Shown here: piece by piece, positions 14,120-28,359 of the stretch
How positions within the stretch are numbered: the first letter of the stretch is position 1
Layout of the letters: each line of letters opens with the position of its first letter
Source of the DNA: Eledone cirrhosa
Taxonomy: Eukaryota
Direction: 5' to 3'
DNA: 64,000 bases
NCBI GenBank assembly: GCA_964016885.1
Contig: OZ024742.1
Coordinates: forward strand, 171,678,001-171,742,000
Notes under the pieces: model-generated
What the model saw: the letters and a program-made list of their open reading frames with translations, nothing else
The model's database searches: none
What the model was told of the DNA's origin: nothing
Program-made: the position numbers and the translations under genes

Positions 14120-15516
14120 CTATCCGTTAGGGTATAACGTGGGGCTGTAATACAGGAAAGTTTTGTGCAATTTATGTTTACAAGCCGAAATTGCCTCAGA
14201 TTTTTTGTTTAAGATGTGGTCTGTAGCGTAGAGTATTTCCAGGGCCTCAGCGGCGCAGAGGTCACATGGTCTTTTATTTCCGTTATACGATCTAGCCCTA
14301 GCTAGGATCTCCCAGTGTAACTTATATTGGGTGTGGTTGTCTTTTAGACTCCAGATATAAGCTGAAAGTGACGTCATATTCCTTCTTAGAGGGTAACGAA
14401 AAGAATGGGTATGCATGTAAAGACGCTGCTTGAAACTATTGGCGGTTAACCCTATGTAGGCCCTACGGGACGTGGGTGTTACAACCTTACATTTGTAGAC
14501 AATGTTACTAGAGAGGTATTTCCCGGATAGGGGGCAATCAGCCCGATTCCTACAATTACAGTTAGTACTAACTACAGGGTTGCACGTGTTCCTACGGCTA
14601 GGTAGTTTAGCTAAATTTGAAGCTGTGATGTTATGTGCAATGTTAGGAGTCGTAGAGTAAGAAATTTTAATAGTATTTCTATTAAAAATTTTACTATATT
14701 TATGTGTAGGGGGAAATGCTTCGTAATAAGGGAAAGAAAGATCTTAGCTAATGGTGTGGCCACCTCCATATTATATGGTGGGTTAAACCAACAAATGCGA
14801 CGGGATCTATTTCTTCTAGATCTATTTTCGTACTCTGTATATGCTACCTTATCGACAAATCCACTTCGAGCAAGAGCTTCATTGTAATAAGTGGAATGGT
14901 CGTTGAAAATGCGCTCGTTGGTGGAAAGACGGGAAAGCCTCAACGAAACGTTTCTTACCAGGTTCTTGGTTATGCTGGCAGGATGGTTGGAATGCTTACT
15001 TATGTAATTAAGCGTATCATTCGGCTTTCTATACGGGTAATACAACCCATTCAATAAATTGAGGGTAACGTCGAGGTAATTAACGACCGAGAGATTGGCT
15101 TCAACCTGTATAGAGAGGTTGAAGCCTTTAAAGAAGGCTGTGAGTTCTTTTCTGAACCTGTCGCAAGCACGAGGTCCGCACTTAGTCATGGTCAAAAGAC
15201 CATCGTCAAAGTACAAACCACCGCCCGCGTTGGGGAATTCGTCCTTGATAGAGAAAAGAAGGAAAAGGCCAATAAGATCAGTAACCTCCGCAGAGTCACT
15301 GGCGCCCATACTCACGTCGAATGGGGTACTATTGGATTTTTTAATCCAAATAGAGTCGTCGAAATTAATCACCGATTTTAGGGCATTAAGGATGACATCA
15401 ACTTCAAAATCCTTAACCACTGTGAGTGTTTTAGCGAAATTGATAGCTCTAAGGAGAAGTGGTAAAGTGATGGAGGAGTAGTAATTGTTGATGTCGAATT
15501 GGATAAAACGGCAATG
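14120..15516 (-). pseudogene. PLE reverse transcriptase + C-terminal GIY-YIG endonuclease (probably Nematis-type), one frameshift near 14710
   Basis: FIQFDINNYY (motif A), MGASDS (B), GLYFDDGL (C), NYLDVTL, YRKP, WFNPPY; then CNCRNRADCPLSG, NIVY...AYIGLTANSFKQR, CDLCAAE, LNKKSE..CKH. Confidence 0.9.
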
Positions 15517-15517
15517 T

Positions 15518-15853
15518 TAGGGCCTACATAGGGTTAACCGCCAATAGTTTCTTTACATGCATACCCATTCTTTTCGTTACCCTCTAAGAAGGAATATGAC
15601 GTCACTTTCAGCTTATATCTGGAGTCTAAAAGACAACCACAGCCAATATAAGTTACACTGGGAGATCCTAGCTAGGGCTAGATCGTATATCGGAAATAAA
15701 AGACCATGTGACCTCTGCGCAGCTGAGGTCCTGGAAATACTCTACGCTACAGACCACATCTTAAACAAAAAATCTGAGGCAATTTCGGCTTGTAAACATA
15801 AATTGCACAACACTTTCCTGTATTACAGCCCCACGTTATACCCTAACGGATAG
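15518..15853 (+). pseudogene. Inverted duplicate of the GIY-YIG C-terminal half
   Basis: ORF 15557-15853 differs from ORF 14120-14416 at only 4 residues. Confidence 0.9.
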
Positions 15854-16859
15854 CACGATCTATACGTGGATATTTTACGTCTTGATGTGGGAGCTAAGTA
15901 TATGTTTTGTTTATTCCTTTACTTATTTGCATAGGTAAGTATATATTACCCGTATGTTTTGTGAAGGTATGTATACCTTCTCGTACGTATATTTGACTGT
16001 TATAGCGTATAATTTTTACATATTCTGGTATTTAAGGTTTGTTTATGTGTATACGGGAGTTTTGCGTCTGCGTGAGTGTGCAGGTTCGTACGTATGGTGG
16101 GTGTGTGTATATGTGTACTTCTTGTTTTAGTTGACTTACGTCTCCGAACATTCGTGTATTTATATGTAGGTATGCGTGTGCGCTTGTTATATACGTATTT
16201 ATTTACTTATATACGTTTATATAATTATTTATTTATTTGTACACAAGCATACACACACAACATATTTATATGTGCGTGGTTTTGTATACCCATGGTAAGG
16301 TTTTGCGTATGCTTGTGTATGTACGTATCTGTTTGCGTGTATATATTTATTTGTTTCTATTACTTCTGTATTGTATTTATTTACTTTGTACTTAACTCTG
16401 TAGCGGACATTCATTTGGTCTCCTAGTTAGAATTTTAGTCTACGATTTCTGCTATACCATTTACGTGGTTTTGTCTTTGCGTGCTATTGTTCTCCACGCT
16501 CCACATATGACTTATTATCTTCGTTTTTTCGTTCATTGCCAGAGAACGTCTCTATGCACCACCTAAGAGAACATTAGTCTACGACCTATTTTATACCATA
16601 AACGTGGTTTTGTCTTTGCGCGTAATTGTTTTTCACCGCTCCTATTAATTACGTATTATTCGTTTTTTCCCGTTCTTTCCCAGCGAACGTTACCACGAAC
16701 CAAAGTATCGTCTTCCTGTCTTCCTCCGGTTGCAATGTTTTTTGAAATATCCAGTTCTGCGTTTACAGATTGACTTTGTTAGTATCAGAAGATCCCGTTA
16801 AGGGTGAAAGCAGCGATTCTTTGCTTAAACTTTAATCTGTTATTTTAATAAATAAATAA

Positions 16860-17031
<172 letters not shown>

Positions 17032-19885
17032 CGTAAGTATTTCTTTTCACCAACTCGAACGAGAATTATAATTACTTTTTGATAACTGCTTAAATTGTTC
17101 ACACATATTTTCACATTTGTGTAATATTCTTAAGCTCATATTCTTTATATTATCCAAATTATTATTACTGACCAAAAATCCTCGTAGGTGATTTTCTATA
17201 TTTATACTTCCCGTGATTGATCAACGCAGGATTCAGTATGTTATGCATTATAGATGATAATCTATTATGTAGAAAAGTATCCATAGCTGACTACGACTTT
17301 GATAACAAGATATCATATTTCCCGATAAACATCTGAATTAACGTCTTTGAAATTAATTTTCAATTCCTTTAAATGTTCTTCATCTCTCTCCTAAAAAACC
17401 TTAATATTTAACATTCTGATTTAGCTTTTATATTAAAATTCTTCAGCTATGAAAGGAATTTAACTTTAGAATGTTTTCTTACGGCATTCATCATCTCACA
17501 CCTCATCCTTACACATACATACATTTTGATTTGGGGTCATATATATATATATATATAATCGGTCAGTAGCCGTGTATGAACTCAAATCATATCTAAAAAT
17601 GTACACAGGGGATAGTAGAGACCTAGATGCTCTAAGCCCGAATAAAAATTGAGATGCTTTAATCAAGATGCAATTCACTCTATTTGATTTCTCCTAGGGC
17701 TAATTTATCCCACACAATCAATAAGAATTCTATATTTTAACATAGATGGATTGCAAGTAGTTTTCCATTCATAGATCCCATCCATGAGTGAACGCACATT
17801 GCATTTTATATCTGCTACTTTTTCTCTTCCAACATATATCCTCTTCTACGCCTGACAATAATCTGGGGACCTTCTTTTATTCTGTGATATCCTTAAAATG
17901 CAACATTTAGAATTAAAAAGCGAACCTCAAATATTGACGAGAAGGTTAATGTGTAATTCACAGGGATAACATCAACCCGGTGAAATCACTGTCTATTGTG
18001 TAACCTCTTATGAAAATCAAACAAAAACAAAATACACACTTCTATGAAATACTTTAAACACGTGTTTAAATACCGAAAGGAAATGTTTTTATTTAATTAG
18101 TTAAAAGATATTTCTAAAATTTTTTATTTCTAAACTGTTTACAAATATTCACTAACATTTTTCTATTAAAGAAAGAAATGTTTCGCGTATTTAAAAGCAG
18201 GTACACTGTATTATCAAAACAAACAAAGTGTTTACTCCTTGTTTAACTTAGACTAGTTCACATTAAAAAAGTGAAATAAGCCGTAAAATACGCGACTAAA
18301 TAGTAAACTATATGATTCATAGTTTCTTTGATGAGTGGTAAAGAAATTGTAAGTTTAAACTAAGAAAATGAAAGAAAATATCACAGCTGACACCACAGGT
18401 TATAAAATTACTATAGCAACAGTTCGTGAGAAAGATGGTCGAAAAGAATGTTGTAGTATAATCTAGGATCAGTATCAGAGATATATGTTCGTTGGTTTAT
18501 ATATTTCTTTTGTTACAAAGGATCAAAGCGACGAGTTGTATGCCTCGAGGGTATTCTAACGATAGAAATATGAGAAGATAGCTTACATGCTTCAGGAATC
18601 TGTTTTATGTTAACTCAAATATCGGGGACATACTGTAAGGTAGAAGCACTTAGAAAAGGGCTCATTTTTGTTTATAGAGATGCAAAGATTAGAAGGGGGT
18701 TGTTAGATTGTGTTTATTGTTTGATGGGTGGCAGTAAATAGAAATTAGAAACGTATGCGAAATGGTTAATGTTTTACGATTACATGAATCTGGTGTATCA
18801 AACAGGGGTATAAAATGAAATGTTTCTGTTTTGAAGGCAGGTGTGAAAATAGAAGTTTCTACGGAAAGAATATTGGCAAAGATGCATTTCTAAATCTTAT
18901 GAATAATTTCTCAAGTTATTATAATCATAGAGATCGAAATTGTTTGCTCATATTTCAATTTTGCAGGTGGTCGATTTTTTTCATCTCCATTTATGTTTAT
19001 CTTGTATTTTTTTGGCAGTATTCTTCTGAATGGCTAGGGCTGTTCAAGTGGGATTACTTAGAAGTTTAGTTATCTAAACAAACATCTCGAAAAATAAAAG
19101 CAAAACACTTGAAGAGATGCCAAGAGGAAACAAAACATAAGCGAATGTATTATTTTTCCGTTTGTTTCTTGAGCTGCCGGAATATTTTCAAGATTTTCTT
19201 TTTGAAAGACAAATATTTTGCTATCAAGTTTCCCCAAAAGATATTATCAAGACATATTGTTCTTTCACACGTATTAATGAGAGAGTCGTCGAGTGGAGAT
19301 TGACTATACGAGTGTGAAGACACATAACGATATATTAATGACAGATTTTGAAGAACAATTTCGTAACTTAATCAGGTACGTATTCAAACATTGCTGTGTG
19401 TTAATGTTTAGAGAAACAGTTTTTCTAATGATATAATGAGGATACTAATGTCTTTTGACTAGGCGCAATAACAATTTTCTTCTGGGCCGGAACACAGCCG
19501 ATGTAATTTACACATTTACTGGTTTCAGTCGATGGAATTCAACCTCGTTGAAGCACCATCTTCAATGGTTTAGTCGATCGTATCGACCCCCACTCCTTAT
19601 AGTTTCATAACGTTATCGATCGCCTTCTGTACAACCACTAAATTAGAGAAAATAAATACACACGCACAGACAGAAAGTTGGCTGATTAACAACAACACGA
19701 ACATTTTCCCTATCTACTATTGACCCGTTTCTTTTTTTATACTGTCATCTATTTGTTGTTATCAACCTCTCTCGGCCATTTCTTCTTCTGATGCAGACCA
19801 AGCGTCTGAAACGTTAAAACTAATAAACGATCACTGTATTGTATAGCTCACCCTTGTTTTTATTTCTTCAATTTTCTTCTCTCTC

Positions 19886-19916
<31 letters not shown>

Positions 19917-19922
<6 letters not shown>

Positions 19923-20141
19923 TAAAAAAAAGGAAAAGTCAGTGATGCATCTGGAGTTTATTGCGTGTTACAATTGTTTCGCCGGCAGGTAGATCGAAAC
20001 AGAATTACTGTATGGATCTGGCTGATTTTACGGCTGCAGGTTCCTTCGGACAATTGTAACACGCAATAAACTGAGTCCAGATGCATCACTGATTTTTCGT
20101 TTTTTTATACTATCCACACTCTGCTCTGTATGAATATTGAG
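19917..20141. mobile_element. Short fold-back insert
   Basis: Arms 19917-19977 / 20050-20113; GAAACAATTGTA on the minus strand; tail ACTC..GAGT; related to the single-orientation copy at about 29060-29265. Confidence 0.75.
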
Positions 20142-20565
20142 TAAATGGAACCTATATTTATAAAACCATATTTATTTTATTATATATATTTCAAGGGCAA
20201 CCAAGGAAAATTATTGTGCGCTTTCATCAGATAAAATACAGATTTGTTTTATAAATAAATATTGACATACCCGGAAAAAAAAACCTTAACGGTTGGAGCT
20301 TCCTGTTGTCTTTTAAGGTGTCTTTTTTCCGGGTATGTCAATATTTATTTATAAAACAAATCTGTATTTTATCTGATGAAAGCGCACCATAATTTGCCTT
20401 GGTTGCCCTTGAAATATATATAATAAAATAAATATGGTTTTATAAATATAGTTTACATTTATTAATATATTGTGTATTTACTCCACTAAATTGTTGAGTG
20501 CTTTATATCAGTTATAAAAATGTTTAAGCTTGTTAAATCCCAACAAATTGAATATAACTTCTGCA
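20142..20565. mobile_element. Fold-back insert with hammerhead core, abutting the tail of the previous element
   Basis: Arms 20142-20289 / 20313-20461; tail 20462-20565; same family at 36901-37100 and 43587-43999. Confidence 0.85.
20365..20430 (+). ncRNA. Minimal type I hammerhead ribozyme candidate
   Basis: Stem I TATTTTAT/ATAAAATA, core CTGATGA 20373-20379, stem II closed by aag/ctt, GAAA 20411-20414, stem III T-ATAT-A, predicted cleavage after AUA at 20422. Confidence 0.72.
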
Positions 20566-21035
20566 TACATATATATATATATATATATAGGCATCGGCCC
20601 TATTTATTTGTGTGTGGGTGTATATGTGTATTTTGATGTGGGGCGGCAAGGCGGATGGGTATTCGCTGATATTCATGCGCGTGGATAAGGATTCGTGTGT
20701 GTGTGTGTGCACGCGCGTGTGGGCGCGTTTTGGAATGTGTAGTGGTCAGTCAAAAATTTGCTTTTGTGTAAACAGGAAGCACGGGTTTGTTCGGACGCTG
20801 GGACGGTGATAGTTTATCGTGTCAGTAAAGACATGTTCTGTTTTTGTCAAATAATAAAAACAAGGGATTAATAGTAAGCTGGATAAATTCAACAATATAT
20901 ACAGGCACGCATAGTCGTACAGACGCGCTCAGATTTGTTTATATCCATACATACACCTAGACAGAGGCGCCCAGGCACACACATACGTTTGTACACGCAC
21001 TTACATAGATCCACACATATATACACACAAACACG

Positions 21036-21079
<44 letters not shown>

Positions 21080-21569
21080 TATATATATATATATAGAAGT
21101 GGTTACACAACAGTTAATTGACCATACGGAGAACAATTGTTTCACCTTAGCTCGTAATGGACATGGTTATACGGAACAGGAAGGACAACCGTACGAACGC
21201 GCATGCGCAGAAACCGTCACTTCACACAGGCAATACTATAAAGCGTGCGAGAGGTGTAAGAGAGATATCTGCGAAAGTCCGAAAAGTTTCTAGTTGATAA
21301 GAAAATTAGGATGTTGTTGTGATTCAATCCGGAGCTTTGTAGTTATGTAAGAGAAGTTTCTAGACGTGTGGACAACGTGTGAAGAATTCATTTCTCATGT
21401 TTAGGCAATGATTATTGCATAATCTTTTTAGAATATTTATTCGTTCATGTATTGAGGAACGAATATTCTTTTTCTATATTCTTTTATTTCCCTTTCCATT
21501 ATACTGTAACCATGCTGGAGCAGTAATATGTGAATCATATCATATGAAACACCATTATTACTTGGAAAA

Positions 21570-21760
21570 GGCGGTGGATTGGCAGTGTCGGTAGAAGTTC
21601 GGACGCCATGCTTTGAGGCATAGAGTTACGGCCCTTGCCATTCTGTGTTCAAATCCGGCCGAGTTTAACTTTGCTTTTCATCCTTACGGGGTCGATAAAA
21701 TAAAGTACCAGTAATGTACAGGGTAATTGCTGGCCTTGTGCCAAAAGTAGAAACAATTAT
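21570..21760 (+). mobile_element. S1 SINE, followed by the 5' stub of another copy
   Basis: Full A/B boxes, core and tail; flanking repeat ATTATTACTTG(G)AAAAGG at 21554 and 21756. Confidence 0.9.
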
Positions 21761-22263
21761 TACTTGAAAAGGGGCGGTGGATTAGCAGTATCGAAAGAGT
21801 GAGAAATGAAATTTCGTTTTCATTTTTTTCAACTTATCGTTTTCGGTATGCCTGACCGATTTAACTCACTCAATATGCAAATTAGGCTGCTCAGCCGTTA
21901 ATTTTCATAAGGATAGTATATACTTTCGAACGTTCAACTATCTGGCAGATGGGTAAACGGTGCTGATGATAGCTAACAAGCTTGAAACTAGTACATCGTT
22001 CCTGTGTCAGTGTTGAACAAAAAGGTGACGTGGTTGCCTTAACACCGTATGGCATAAATTCAGGCTGTTCGATTTGTTGACAAACAAACGAACAAAGCAG
22101 GTGTTATAATAAACGTCGGCTAAACTGATGCGTGCATATATATATGTGTACCTGTATGCATATGTGTATATGTATGTATATATATCTATATATATGCATG
22201 CTACTGTACGTCTGTATACATATATGTATGTACGTATATATATATATATATATATATATATCA

Positions 22264-24142
22264 TATAATGAAATGACAGGAGGCTGGATTTGTGTAAATC
22301 CTTGAACGGTTTATTATACTATGATCATTTCAATGACCGGGTTCCGTATGAATCCGGTGATACCATCAGGTATTCGAAATATAATACGTGAATGTAATAG
22401 ATAAAATCCATGGGGCTGAAAATCGAGGACCCGAGGGCGACCGCTATTCTGTTCCTTCAATCTCACCCGGTCGCCCTGGAGTGACGTGGCTAAAGTTTAT
22501 AGTATGCTACTACCGGTCAGATAAACGAGAACAGAAAGGGATGTGAACATAAGTTAACGTCGATCTCATGACACAAGGTAAACGAAAGAAAGAAAGGAAA
22601 GAGAGAGAAGACGGAGGAAGAAAGAAGAAGAGAAGCCAGGTTTAATGTCAACTAAAAGAAGAAAGGCAACTACTACCGGTCAGATATAGGCAAGCAAGAG
22701 GGGAAGGAAGATAAGTCTGCGGGAGGAAGACAGGAAGAGGGGAGTAGAGAAGGAAGAGAAGAGAGAAGTAGAAAAGTAAGGGTTGATGGCTACAAGAAGG
22801 AAGATAGAAAGAAAGAGGAAGAGAGGTCGATATTAATGTCAGACCACAGTCAGGCCAGGAGTGGCGCGAGAAAATTTTCACAGGGACCCGCATCTTAGCA
22901 GAGATGAATATATTGGGAGTCAGTGTGTTACAGTGTTTAGCCTTCTAGGATGAAGTTAAAAAAATTAATAATCAATATTCAATATTAAAGAGGTTAGAAC
23001 ATTTAAAGTTCAACAGTTTAACACTTTCAGGTTGATATATCTAATAGTTCCCATTTGTTCTGTAATTTAAAGGTATTATGTGGCGGTTAAAACACCGGCC
23101 GCGCCCCGGGCCCCATGGCGAATTAAGCCACGCCGAGTATTTTCAATTACCGAAAGAAGGGGAAACACCTGGAGTGCTCGGAAAAATAAATTTCCCCTTC
23201 TTTCGGTAAATGAAAATACTCGGCGTAGCTTAATTCGCCATGGGGCCCGGGGCGCGGGCGGTGTTTTAACCGCCACATAGTACCTTTAAATTACAGAACA
23301 AATCGGAACTATTATATAATAAAATGTTAAACTGTTGAACTTTAAATTCTCTAACCTCTTTAATATTGAATATTGATTATTCATTTTTTAACTTCATCCT
23401 AGAAGTCTAAACACTGAAACACACTGACTCCCAATATATTCACCTCTGCTAAGAGGCGGGTCCCTGTGAACATTTTCTCGCGCCACTCCTTACTTTTCTC
23501 TTTCTCTCTTCTCTTCCTTCTCTTCTCCCCTCTTCCTGTCTTCCTCCCGCAGACGTATCTTCCTTCCCCTCTTGCTTGCCTATATCTGACCGGTAGTAGT
23601 TGCCTTTCTTCTTTTAGCTGACATTAAACCTGGCTTCTCTTCTTCTTTCTTCCTCCGTCTTCTCTCTCTTTCCTTTCTTTCTTTCGTTTACCTTGTGTCA
23701 TGAGATCGACGTTAACTTATGTTCCCATCCCTTTCTGTTCTCGTTTATCTGACCGTTTATCATACTATAAACTTTAGCCACGTCACTCCAGGGCGACCGG
23801 CTGAAGTTGAAGGAACAGAATAGCGGTCGCCCTCGGGTCCTCGATTTTCAGCCCCATGGATTTTATCTATTACATTCACGTATTATATTTCGAATACCTG
23901 ATGATATCACCGGATTCATACGGAACCCGGTCATTGAAATGATCATAGTATAATAAACCTTTCATGGATTTACACAAATCCAGCCTCCTGTCATTTCATT
24001 ATAATATTTAACTCCGTAATAGCACCACCAACTACAAAAACAAAGACGGTTGAACTGCCTTACGTTGAGTACTCTCTATATTATTGCATTACGATTGACC
24101 ATACGGAATAGACCAGCTATATACAGTGGTGAACCTCAAACC

Positions 24143-24146
<4 letters not shown>
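22264..24146. mobile_element. 1.74-kb fold-back element with hammerhead core and unpaired tail
   Basis: Arms 22264-23165 / 23191-24003, 25-nt loop, deletions in the right arm; tail 24004-24146; (TA)n flanks. Confidence 0.88.
23894..23951 (+). ncRNA. Minimal hammerhead ribozyme candidate
   Basis: ATAC-CTGATGA (23898-23904)-stem II accgg..ccggt-GAAA (23936-23939)-T-GATC-A-TA-GTAT; palindromic stem III ATGATCAT. Confidence 0.68.
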
Positions 24147-24215
<69 letters not shown>

Positions 24216-24252
24216 ATATATATACATATATATATACATATATATATATATA

Positions 24253-24413
24253 TAACAAAGAATGTGTTGTAGGAATCCAGGTGGACCATAACGCACCAGA
24301 GTACTCGATAGTAGAATGGGTAATAGGAAAGGAGTGAGGACCCCGACGGCTGAGCTCCGGTCATCTCGACAGCTAGATCCGAACTAAGCCATCCATATGT
24401 TCCTGACTCCTTT

Positions 24414-24417
<4 letters not shown>
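24253..24417 (-). mobile_element. Short fold-back family copy (same as 32201, 41722, 45432)
   Basis: Shares gaccccgacggctgagctc and the tail ...gagtactctggtgcgttatggtccacctgg. Confidence 0.75.
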
Positions 24418-24501
<84 letters not shown>

Positions 24502-24839
24502 TAGACAGATACTGTGAAAGAGACAAGGGAAGATAGATAGAGAGAAAGATGCAGTGAAAGAGAGACAATGAGAGATAGATAGAGAGAAAGATGCAATAAT
24601 ATATGGACTGTGACATATAAAAAGATGGAACACCGAATTATAACAAGAGATATTTAATTAAATTTAATGTTGATTGTATACATATATATAAAAGCAGGGA
24701 GAGAGACGCGGGAGGGAGAGATATGTTAAAATGTATTCACATACATGTCTACAATAAAACGTAGAAAGCACACATGGCTCAAATATTGTCGCTAAGTGTA
24801 TCAACGCTACAATCAATCTCTCTCTCTATATATATATAT

Positions 24840-26140
24840 ACGATGTATTCTTGCGATGTTGACAGACGGGAGCGTGAGTACTCAAACCCGACGTAGATTT
24901 TAATATAGTGCATCTCAAATCTTCGAACACCTTTGAATAAAAGACGCATAATTCATGGAAAAAGAAATATATTTCAGATACAATTAACATGACTAGTCTT
25001 GGGAGACTTCCTGGCGATACTATTCAATTAATCCCCCGTTAGCACCAAGGACTGCTTCAATACGGGGTCTCATACCTAGACATGCCCGAATGAGATGATC
25101 TTTATTTTGAACATTGTGCCAGCTATAGCGGAGTTCAGAGATTTTTTATTATTATATGGGCGATGATTGAGCTCTCTCTTGACTACGCTCCTCACGGACT
25201 AGTCCATCTGATTCAAGTCTGGAGAGCTAGGAGGTAATATGTTTGGGGTAATATAATCATGGAGATTGTAACTCATCCATTTTGTGGACGTGTTGGACTT
25301 ATTGAACCGACGCAGAGTTTTGTTGGTAGGTGTGCGATTTTTCTTTTGCTCACGCTATCCAAGGCCTGCCAACTCTCTCTAACACTTCCTTATAATCAGC
25401 TGCATTTAACCTTAAATTCTGAGGAAAGAAGTGATGAGGCATGACATATCCTTCCATTTTCACGAGTCTCAGCCCATTTCAAATGCCGGAAACTTTGTGC
25501 ACACGACTCTTGGAAAAACTTTAGGTTCCTTGTATAACTATCTACCATTCTTACTGTTGCGCCATTTGTCCTGATCAGATTTGCTCTCATTAGAGAAAAG
25601 GTAAAGCATTCCAGGATCTTGGTATTTCAACTTGTTCAACAAATGCTTCGCTTGAATTAGACTGTTATCTTTTGCTTTTGCAGACATAAATTGGCCTATA
25701 TGCAACACTTGTTCTTCAGACAAAATTCTTCAGATAGTGTGCCGTGGAACAATGAGCTCCATATCATTGGTGCAATTGCCTTTCTGGGGTGATTATCGAT
25801 AATAATCTGTACCTTTATTAAGAACTTGTCTGTTCTGATGGAATTGGAACGCTTAGCAGGCACTATATGTGTGGCTACTGCTGCAGAATCCTCGTCAACG
25901 TCTTCCAGCTCTTTGCAAACTTTGACAAAAATGGCCGTGGAAATTTCAACAAGCGAACAATCTCTAAATCATTAAGCTTTGCATTTAAAGCAACGATTCA
26001 AGCATGCCTTCTCGTTTGCTTGATATCTATCATCATGTATCTGAATTAAAATGCTGATCATAGCAATTTAGAAATAAGTAAAAGCTATTAAAAGACGTTT
26101 TGAAAGAACTAACAAACCCAGGTATATTCTTTATTTTGGC
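24840..26140 (-). pseudogene. Decayed Tc1/mariner transposase (maT/DD37D-like)
   Basis: Minus-strand fragments RHA*IVALNAKLNDLEI, LFSNESKSDQD..RNSKNGR, FFQESCA and PPSSPDLNQMD (25199-25234). Confidence 0.75.
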
Positions 26141-26401
26141 TAAAAAATGAGTTTTGTTACATTTGCGTTTCACCTGAGTATTCGCAGGATCACCAGGCAA
26201 GGGACTTGAATCCTGTGAATACACAGGTGAATCTCAGGAATAGCAAAGCTCGTCAGTTAGCCATAGTAAAAACATTATATACAATATAAATGTGTATTTT
26301 TCCCACTTGTGCACCACTACGAATTCAAGTTCTGAACAATACAGTATATTCACGTGAAAGGAATATATATATATATATATAAATGTGTGTATATATATAT
26401 A

Positions 26402-26597
<196 letters not shown>

Positions 26598-27609
26598 CAT
26601 ATATACATACATACAGGCAGACAGACACACCCATATGTGTGTGGTGTATTGACTGTTTCTATATTAAAGGAAGCGGAGCGCCTAAACACGTAGAAAGCAT
26701 ATGTGTAGTGAATCTAAATTTTGTAGTTTTAAGCTTCGTTGTAATCACCTTTACATTATGTCCTTACCCAAGTATATACAATGAAACGGCGAAATTTGAG
26801 ATATTATTCAACGCTCACACAATCACAATTGCTGTCTCGTCGGTATAATTTGATATATACGCAAGTCAATCAGAACGTGATAATATTTTCTTTTCGTCAT
26901 TCTTTCATTGGTAACTCATTGTTGCATTCACACAGGTCAGGTTTCATAGAAAGAAAAATACATGTATAGCTTATCAAATTAAATTTATGGTTATTTTAAT
27001 AGAGGGAGTTGTTAGTGCGCCCGATTAAATATATTGGTATATAAAGTTCCTTTCCTTCTGATGTCAAACATTGCCGTTCAACGATGCGGGTTCGATAAAT
27101 AAATTAAGAATATGAATTCAGCAGGGCCGGTCTATGGCTGGAATGTTTAATAGAATTGCAAGGGATTCCCGATTGGGTGTGATCCACCTAAGTTAAAATT
27201 CTCCTATATCTTCCAACAGTTGCAATCAGCAGATAGCATCAGCTCTGAACATAAGAGAAATGGACGCATTGTGTTTCGGACTAATCTATATGTCGATCTT
27301 CGCCTTTATTTCTTCGCTAACTCGAGATTAAGCAGAACATTTTCGTATTTCCAACAAAGTCTAATATGTGAATAGAATTTACTTTTATTGCTTATACTGG
27401 AGTAAGGAGATTTGATACCAATGCCTCTTTTCAGTTCCTCTAAGACAATAAGGAAAAAAATGATAGTTCTTCTGACACCTGATAGGAAGCATGCAAGTCT
27501 TGTCTTGTCTGTATATATATATATATATATATGTAAATGTGCGTGAATGTATGTATGTATCTATGTATATATATATATGTGTGTGTGTGTGTATATATAC
27601 ATATGTATA

Positions 27610-27660
<51 letters not shown>

Positions 27661-27869
27661 AAATGTGCATAATAAAATACATGGAACTCTTTTAACCATC
27701 TTTTGACCTAATTTCGTCAGGCGGGATTAACTTTTACCCAACTTGGGTCGATATCCCATCTCCCCTCCTTTAAATAAGCGATTTCTAGTTCATTACTATG
27801 TTGTAGTAACTGGCATTAATAATTATATATATATATATAATTATATATATATATATTTATATATATATA

Positions 27870-28359
27870 AAAACAAATAACGAAACGAAATTAAATTTCG
27901 TTTCGTTTGTAACTCACTTTTGTATGACTGACGCTTAAACAATTAAGTTAAAAATGTACATCCACATATGTATACTGAAATACTAGTATGCATATGAATA
28001 CACACACGTGTACATATGTAGATGTACCGAGTTTTTCACTGGTCACTTTACTGTGAGTGTCCAGCTATTCTGTATGTAAACACACAGACAAACCGGTTTT
28101 TAGAGTCATACTGGTTTTTGAGGAAACACCTTTCCTCTATTCTCATTGTCTGGCTTTCTGGAGAATAGAGGAAAGGTGTTTCCTCAAAAACCAGTATGAC
28201 TCTAAAAACCGGTTTGTCTGTGTGTTTACATACAGAATAGCTGGACACTCACAGTAAAGTGACCAGTGAAAAACTCGGTACATCTACATATGTACACGTG
28301 TGTGTATTCATATGCATACTAGTATTTCAGTATACATATGTGGATGTACATTTTTAACT

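Larger units (their letters stand above)
13031..16853 (-). mobile_element. 5'-truncated Penelope-like retroelement with inverted pseudo-LTR
   Basis: About 1.34-kb arms 13119-14465 / 15518-16853, nearly identical (10-bp deletion in the right arm), enclosing the RT; (TA)n flanks. Confidence 0.92.

Noticed and set aside
16780-16820. Functional hammerhead in the large PLE arms
   Set aside because: Core reads CAGAAGA and no stem III or UH site follows GAAA; noted only as degenerate.
19785-19820. Hammerhead-like CTGATGC-agac..gtct-GAAAC (and a similar one near 52340-52385, minus)
   Set aside because: Core substitution and no stem I or III pairing; at most a fossil.
23076-23280. Mirror-image ORF pairs (also 28048-28257 and 13544/16076)
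   Set aside because: A consequence of the palindromes; no recognisable protein motifs.
27000-27380. Possible Helitron helicase remnant on the minus strand
   Set aside because: Only vague similarity; no intact motif.
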